Assembly: GCA_035703635.1 (NCBI GenBank)
Contig: DASSXV010000075.1
Location: 25,103-89,102 of the forward strand
Origin: Trueperaceae bacterium
Lineage (GTDB): Bacteria > Deinococcota > Deinococci > Deinococcales > Trueperaceae
Direction of reading: 5' to 3'
DNA: 64,000 bases
A program made the translations under genes and the position numbers. Below, piece by piece: positions 58,359-64,000 of the stretch. The notes beneath the pieces are model-generated. The model did not search any database. It was given only the letters and a program-made list of their open reading frames with translations, and was not told the origin of the DNA. How positions within the stretch are numbered: position 1 is the first letter of the stretch; every line of letters begins with the position of its first letter.

Positions 58359-60791
58359 CTACCCGGCTACCTGCGGCCGGAACTCTGCGACCGCGCGCAA
58401 CAGGAGGTCGAGGCGCGCGCTTCCTGCCCTCACGAAGACCGGGATGACCTCGAGGGGCGCGGCGGCGTTGAAGATGCGCCCGCCCTCGAGCTCGCTGCCT
58501 GACCACAAGTCAACCCAGCCTCCGGGTGGGAGGCGCACCTCGCGTGTTCCGCAGCCCTTCTCCGTGATGGGCGCAACCAGGAGGTCGCGGCCCAACAAGT
58601 AGGCGTACTCGTCCGCGGCCAGGAACTCGTGGGCTTCTGGGAACTCCAGCGCCGGGTAGCGCATAAGTGGAACGCCGAGCTCTGCGGCGGCTACGGCCTC
58701 GGCGTGAAGGTAGTCGACGAGGCGCATGCGCAGCTGCGCGTATGCGCGATAAACGCTCAAAGCGCGCTCGTCGCCGTGCCGTGCGGCGATGTTCCACGGC
58801 GTGCGGTCACGGTTGTCGGCTGCGCCGTGACCCTCGGAGTGGTACTGCATGATGGGGCTGAAGGTGGCCATCGCCGTCGAACGCACGTACAGCTCGACGG
58901 GAGGGATCTCACCGCTGAAGCCCGCCAGGTCCCACGACCACAGCGACACCCCGCTGACGCCAGCAGACAACCCGGCCTTGACAGATGCGCGGTACGCGCT
59001 CCAGGTACTGTCCTCGTCGCCTGCCCAGTGGATCGGGTGGCGTTGCACCCCCGTGTAACTAGCCCGGGAGAACGTAACGCCGTCTCCGCCGGATGCCAGC
59101 TGCACGAACTCGTGATAGGCGCCGACGTAGTCGTTGGCGTAGGTGTTGAAGAGCTCCAGGCCGCGCCGTCCGTCGAATGAACGCAGGTCGCGGCCCCACA
59201 GGTGCTCGCCTCCGTCCGTCTTCATGCCGTCTATCCCGAGCTCGTCGAACAGGTAGCGGCGCTTGGCAAACCACCACTCGCGCGTCTCAGGGTTGCTGAA
59301 GTCCGCGATGAGCGCGTCAGTGAACCACCAGCCCTTGTTGCGATACGGGCTGCCGTCTGCCTGCATGATGCCGAGGCCGCGGTCGATCATGTGGGCGCCG
59401 TCGGCGTCATGTTGAGCGTGAGGCTCCGTGACGAGCTTGTGAACTGGGATCTGCCACAGGACCACGCGTACGCCGTTGGCGTGGCAGTGGTCGATGAAGG
59501 CCTGCGGGTCCGGCCAGCGGCCTGTGAAGCGGAAGTCGGACAGCGTGAGCGCCTCGCCGCCTGGCTTGGGGTCGTACTCAGCGTCGTTGAAGATGTAGAA
59601 GGTGGCTTCGTCGCTCCACGCCTCGATGACGACCACGCTGGCAGGCACCCCCTCCGCCAGGGTCCGGTCGACCTCCTGCGTTACCCGCTCCTGCGAGTTC
59701 CAGGAGTTGGAGGACATCCACGGCCCGAACGCCCAGGCGGGCGGTACAGCTGCGGTGCCGGTGAGGCGCGTGAAGGCCGCTGTAACGCCGTACGGTTCGT
59801 CTGCAACGAAGATGACGAGCTCGAGCAGCGACCGCGGCGCACCGTCAGGCCCTAGCGTCATGCGGTCGAGAGCGACCTTGGCTTCGGAGGTGCGGAGGTC
59901 GAAGTCGCTCGGCTCAGCGGCGTCGAGCCACAGACCGTACCCGCGTTCGGATACGAGAAACGGCACGGGGATGTAAGTGCGTTTGCCTTGCTCCTTGTAC
60001 TCCTCGTACACGCGGACGTCCCAGCGCTCACCGTTGCGGTCCGCGTTGACGAAGCGCTCACCTAGGCCGTAAAGCGCCTCGCCTTCTTGCGTCTGGAACG
60101 AGAACTCCACGCTGGTGGGCTGGTCGTTGCCGCGCTCGAGCCAGCGAGTGGCGAGGCTGCCCTGAAAGACGGGTTCGCTCGCGCCCTCGAGCGTGGCCGT
60201 TACGGCAAGCGAGCGCTTGTCGAGCACGAGCCGCATGCCTTGGGAGCTGACGGTGAACGCAGCGCCCGTGTCCTCGACCCCTGGGCCGTCGCCGGACTGC
60301 GGTGGACTCGACGTGGTCGCGCGCGCCAGGCTCAGCCTGCAGGCGCCCCGTGTGGGAAAGGTCAGCGTTAGATATGCCGGTGCGTGCGTGGTGTTCAGGG
60401 TGAACTCCACGCCACCTTGCCGTGCCGAATAACTTGAGATACCCGTGACCTCGCGCCAAACGCCGAGGTCGTAAGAGAACGGGCCTGCCTGGGTGTTGGC
60501 CCCGACGCCCGCTGCGGGTTGGGCGAACAGCGTGTAGCGCACCGTTCCGGCGGCGGCGGCGCCGAGGTCGACACTCCACGTGTCGCCCACGCCGCGCCTG
60601 GCGTCCACGCGCTTGGTGACTGCGGGTGCGCCGGGGGTCGCGTGCGTCACTTCTGCCCAGGCCGCAGCCGCTCCGTGCGGCACTCTGAAGTTGACCTGGA
60701 CGGCGTCGTCTGGCCTCGGGTAGCGCGGGAAGCGCTCGCTAGGGGTGCTCTTGTATGGGTCGTCGATGCCCGAGGGGTCGTGCACGATCAT
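58359..60791 (-). CDS. GH31 glycoside hydrolase, alpha-1,3-isomaltosidase/cycloalternan-degrading enzyme-like
   Basis: N-terminus MIVHDPSGIDDPY; YGLGERF, IEAWSDE, LWQIP, KTDGGE (nucleophile), WAGDE (acid/base), MQYHSE, RTPWN. No signal peptide. Confidence 0.88.
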   Translation of the reverse strand: MIVHDPSGIDDPYKSTPSERFPRYPRPDDAVQVNFRVPHGAAAAWAEVTHATPGAPAVTKRVDARRGVGDTWSVDLGAAAAGTVRYTLFAQPAAGVGANTQAGPFSYDLGVWREVTGISSYSARQGGVEFTLNTTHAPAYLTLTFPTRGACRLSLARATTSSPPQSGDGPGVEDTGAAFTVSSQGMRLVLDKRSLAVTATLEGASEPVFQGSLATRWLERGNDQPTSVEFSFQTQEGEALYGLGERFVNADRNGERWDVRVYEEYKEQGKRTYIPVPFLVSERGYGLWLDAAEPSDFDLRTSEAKVALDRMTLGPDGAPRSLLELVIFVADEPYGVTAAFTRLTGTAAVPPAWAFGPWMSSNSWNSQERVTQEVDRTLAEGVPASVVVIEAWSDEATFYIFNDAEYDPKPGGEALTLSDFRFTGRWPDPQAFIDHCHANGVRVVLWQIPVHKLVTEPHAQHDADGAHMIDRGLGIMQADGSPYRNKGWWFTDALIADFSNPETREWWFAKRRYLFDELGIDGMKTDGGEHLWGRDLRSFDGRRGLELFNTYANDYVGAYHEFVQLASGGDGVTFSRASYTGVQRHPIHWAGDEDSTWSAYRASVKAGLSAGVSGVSLWSWDLAGFSGEIPPVELYVRSTAMATFSPIMQYHSEGHGAADNRDRTPWNIAARHGDERALSVYRAYAQLRMRLVDYLHAEAVAAAELGVPLMRYPALEFPEAHEFLAADEYAYLLGRDLLVAPITEKGCGTREVRLPPGGWVDLWSGSELEGGRIFNAAAPLEVIPVFVRAGSARLDLLLRAVAEFRPQVAG

Positions 60792-60863
60792 ACGAACTCG
60801 GCCTCCGTGACAGTCGCCTGGTGGTGCGTTTGGGTCGGCGTTGAGATGCTTCTGGACATCGGT

Positions 60864-60894
60864 CCGGCGCCGCAGCTCGTGGCCGCGGCGCCGG
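60864..60894 (-). terminator. Intra-operon stem-loop after the sugar-binding protein gene
   Basis: CCGGCGCCGC-N11-GCGGCGCCGG. Confidence 0.55.
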
Positions 60895-60904
60895 TTTCGT
60901 GGCG

Positions 60905-62143
60905 CTACTTCCTGACGAGCTCCTCGACGCGCTTCTGGGCGTCGATGAGGGCCTGCTCGACGGTCTTGGTGCCGAGGCGCGCGGCCTCTAGCTCTTGGTT
61001 GATGACGTCGGAGAGGAGCGGCTGGTTCTCGATGACGGGCGGGTTGACGGCGAACTCGAGGGACTCGAAGACGGCCTTGCGGTTCGCGGGGATCGGCTTC
61101 GCGAGGTAAGCGGCGAGGGTGTCGGCCTGCTCGAGCGAGAGGGCGGAGAGTTCCCAGTTCGTCTCGATGCGCGCCTGAACGACGGCCGGGTTGGAGGCCA
61201 AGAACTCAACCCACTTGTATGCCGCCTCCGGCTGCTTGCTCGTGCGGGAGACCACGGCCGCGTTGGAGAAGAAGTGGGTCGCCTTGTTGGCGCCGCCTGG
61301 CTCGACAGCGACGTCCCAGTTGAAGGTGGCGTCGTTGCTGAACTGGTCGAACATCCACACGCCCGTGACGATCATGCCGAGTTGCTGGTTGAGGAACATG
61401 TCGGTGTCGCCGACGCCGCTCATCTCGGCGTCGGTTGGCATGACGTGGTCAACCGTTACCTTGTCGACGAGGTAGTGCGCCGCTGCGAGGTTCTCAGGCG
61501 TGTTGATCTGCACGGTCGGGGTGACGGTCAGGCCGCCGCCTGCTTGCGCGGCCACCTTGTAGAACTCCCAGAACTGCACGGGCTGCGAGATGCCCCAGAC
61601 GCGTTTGGCTGGGTTGGTGATGGCCTTGGCGGCGGCGATCACGTCGTCCCACGTCCAGGCGTCCGTTGGGTAGCCAACGCCCGCGGCGTCGAAGAGGTCC
61701 TTGTTGTAGTAGAGCAACACCGTGGAGAACGTGATCGGCAAACCGAGCTGCTGGCCGTTGTAGCTGAAGGCGTTCAGTGCGGCCGGGTAGAAGGTGCTGT
61801 CTGTGACGTTCGAGCTGGTGTCCAGGTAGTCACCGAGGTCGAGTAGCGTGTCGCGCGACGCGAAGGTCACGAAGTTCTCATAGTTGAGCTCGAACACGTC
61901 GGCTGCGGTGCCGGCGGCGAAGTCCGTCTGCAGCTTCGTGAAGTACGAGCCGAAGTCGGCGGTCGTGTAGTTGACCTTGATACCGGGGTTCTCGCTCTCG
62001 AATACCTTGATCAGCGCCTCGAGGGTGTCGATCTTGTCCGAGCCCGCCGTGAACGAGAAGTAGTTGATGGTCTGGGCGAACGCTGCGCTACCGAGCGCCA
62101 GCGCCAGCGTGACCGTGGCCATTAGTCTTGCAGTCTTGCGCAT
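60905..62143 (-). CDS. Carbohydrate ABC substrate-binding protein (family 1)
   Basis: Signal peptide AFA-Q; FESENPGIKV, LYYNKDLFDAAGV, WTWDD. Confidence 0.92.
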   Translation of the reverse strand: MRKTARLMATVTLALALGSAAFAQTINYFSFTAGSDKIDTLEALIKVFESENPGIKVNYTTADFGSYFTKLQTDFAAGTAADVFELNYENFVTFASRDTLLDLGDYLDTSSNVTDSTFYPAALNAFSYNGQQLGLPITFSTVLLYYNKDLFDAAGVGYPTDAWTWDDVIAAAKAITNPAKRVWGISQPVQFWEFYKVAAQAGGGLTVTPTVQINTPENLAAAHYLVDKVTVDHVMPTDAEMSGVGDTDMFLNQQLGMIVTGVWMFDQFSNDATFNWDVAVEPGGANKATHFFSNAAVVSRTSKQPEAAYKWVEFLASNPAVVQARIETNWELSALSLEQADTLAAYLAKPIPANRKAVFESLEFAVNPPVIENQPLLSDVINQELEAARLGTKTVEQALIDAQKRVEELVRK

Positions 62144-62205
62144 GCCTGCCTCCTATGCCTTCGCCAGCCTCATGGCCGGAAGGTACTCGCCTTGTGCTGA
62201 GCGCG

Positions 62206-63432
62206 TCATCGCGCGCTACCCATGTGTAGCCGTGTCACTTGGAGCGGCACGGTGGCTACCTGTAAGAAACGCGCGGCCGCCAGTCCGGCGGCGCCGCGGG
62301 CCCACGCGTCGTCACCCCAGGTGTCGACCTGGAGTTCGAGGTCTTCTGCTAGGCCGCCGAAGGCATGCTCAGCGAGGGCGGGCCGCACGAATGGCAGGAA
62401 ATATGGCGCGTTCCTCAGCCCCTCGCCGCCGAGGATCACTAGCGTCGGCGCGAAGAGGTTGACGAGGTCGCTGAGGGCTATGCCGAGGAGCTCGCCCGCG
62501 TCAGCGAGCAGGTCGAGCACCGCCTCGTTACCGGCGGCCGCCAGGGCCGTCAGGTCGCCAGGCTTGGCGTCTTCGCCTAGTTCGGACGTAAGGCGGCGCG
62601 CCTGGTTGAGGAGGGCTGCGTCTCCGAGACGCTCCTCGAGGGTGACCGCTTCTGGCGCCATGACGCGCATGCCGAGGCTAGCGCAACGTGTGTGCCCTAG
62701 TTCGCCCGCACCCCCACGAGGTCCGCGGTAGAGGCCGCCGCCGATGACGATGCCGAGGCCGACGCCGCGCCCTAGCGTCACGGTGAGGAAGGAGTCGTGC
62801 TCCCTCCCCAACCCGAACCAGCCGTGGGCGGCGGCAAGGGCGTTGACGTCGTTCTCGACGAGCGTGGCGAGGCCGAGTTCCTCGCGCAAGAGGTCGGCGA
62901 GTTGCACTCGCCGCCAGCCGAGCAGGTCGGAGTGCCTTACGAACCCGGTGGAGTTGTCGACGACGCCGGGGAGGCTGACCCCGAGACCAGCTAGGCGCGC
63001 GCCCGTTATGCCCGTCGTCCGCCCGAGGGCAGTCTGGGCGTCCCTTATCGCACTTATCACCGCGTGCACCTCGGTGCTGGCTAGCGGCACCTTGACGACG
63101 CCTTTGGCGTCTGCGTTGAGGTTGGTGAGGGACGCCACGATGGCGTCTGGCATGACTTTCACACCGAACACGTGTGAGTGGTCGTAGTTGATGCCGAGCA
63201 GGATGGGCTTGCGGCCGACGGAACTTGACTCGCCGACTTCCGCCTCTATGACGAGGCCCTCTTCGATGAAGGGCGCCGTGATGGTCGTTACCGCGGCTGG
63301 GCTGAGGTGAAGCAGGGCAGCGATGTCAGTGCGCGAGATGCGCCCTGAACGGTGAATCGCATTGATTATGGCGCTCTGGTTGAGGAAGCGGATCTTCTCT
63401 CTACCTAGCGCGCCGCCCGGACCTTGTCGCAT
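62206..63432 (-). CDS. ROK family transcriptional regulator
   Basis: HTH ISRTDIA-LLHLS, GRKP, SLPG, ENDVNA, GVGLG, AGELGH. Start is 63432 or 63438. Confidence 0.92.
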   Translation of the reverse strand: MRQGPGGALGREKIRFLNQSAIINAIHRSGRISRTDIAALLHLSPAAVTTITAPFIEEGLVIEAEVGESSSVGRKPILLGINYDHSHVFGVKVMPDAIVASLTNLNADAKGVVKVPLASTEVHAVISAIRDAQTALGRTTGITGARLAGLGVSLPGVVDNSTGFVRHSDLLGWRRVQLADLLREELGLATLVENDVNALAAAHGWFGLGREHDSFLTVTLGRGVGLGIVIGGGLYRGPRGGAGELGHTRCASLGMRVMAPEAVTLEERLGDAALLNQARRLTSELGEDAKPGDLTALAAAGNEAVLDLLADAGELLGIALSDLVNLFAPTLVILGGEGLRNAPYFLPFVRPALAEHAFGGLAEDLELQVDTWGDDAWARGAAGLAAARFLQVATVPLQVTRLHMGSAR

Positions 63433-63622
63433 GGCCACGCCCTTTAGTTCATTTGGTGTAGCAAGTATTGAGCGCGGCGCAGCGCGCTGTCAATAGGGCG
63501 GTACGCCGCCGCCATGAGTGTCCGTGTGACACATTTCCGACCCACTGCTCCGCGCGCGGCAGTAGTATCGACCCTCGAGTCCGGCGCACCCGCGCCAGGA
63601 CGCCCGGGTTCGTGCGTGAACC

Positions 63623-64000
63623 GTGAATCGTGAGACTTCCGTGCCTTGGCTCCTGCGCCTAGACAAGACGACGAGGTTGGTGCTGCTGAGCATCGTCGTG
63701 GGCGTCGTCGGCGCCGGCGGCGCGCACCTGTTCTTGTGGATGGTGGAGTTCGTCAGCGGCTTGTTCGTGACGGGCATCGCTCACGTGCCTGTCCTCACGA
63801 CGGAGGAGGCGACGAGCATGACCGCCGGGCCGGTGACGGCGGGCCTCAACTGGCTGATTCCCGCGTCGACCACCCTAGGTGGGCTCATCGTTGGGTTCAT
63901 CATCTTCACGCTTGCGCCCGAAGCGGAAGGTCACGGCACGGACGCGGCCATCCGCTCCTTTCACCGCTTGGGCGGCTACGTGCGCACGCGCATCCCGATC
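63623..64000 (+). CDS. ClC family chloride channel/antiporter, N-terminal part, truncated by the window edge
   Basis: Open frame to the window end with TM segments and LAPEAEGHGTDAAI. Confidence 0.85.
   Translation, partial: MNRETSVPWLLRLDKTTRLVLLSIVVGVVGAGGAHLFLWMVEFVSGLFVTGIAHVPVLTTEEATSMTAGPVTAGLNWLIPASTTLGGLIVGFIIFTLAPEAEGHGTDAAIRSFHRLGGYVRTRIPI

Overview
This is a GC-rich bacterial chromosomal window, probably from Deinococcota (Trueperaceae-like). That placement is inferred from the CspA sequence, solute-binding proteins that lack lipoboxes, and several beta-rich lipoproteins. The window is dominated by nutrient-scavenging operons. (i) A GntR/FadR-linked cluster carries two non-canonical M19 'dipeptidases', two non-canonical AstE/AspA-type M14 hydrolases, a peptide ABC importer and an amidase with a small partner protein. 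(ii) A lower-GC RpiR operon carries a D-glutamate-cyclase-like (DUF4392) protein, an M14 peptidase and a peptide ABC importer. (iii) A decayed defence/toxin-antitoxin region surrounds tRNA-Val(CAC). (iv) A large ATP-binding LuxR (LAL) regulator precedes a hydrolase operon through a 12-bp repeat array. (v) A GntR, gamma-glutamylcyclotransferase and peptide ABC operon follows. (vi) A LacI regulon with three shared operators joins an L-galactose/L-fucose-type oxidation route to peptidases, Opp, an enolase-superfamily enzyme and a sulfatase with a probable CTG start. (vii) cspA. (viii) A ROK/ABC/GH31/GH15 locus matches the cycloalternan (CNN) catabolism architecture. A partial ClC gene ends the window. 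None of the four peptide ABC systems has an ATPase gene. I found no CRISPR array, prophage or integrase. All calls come from reading motifs by eye; no database searches were run.
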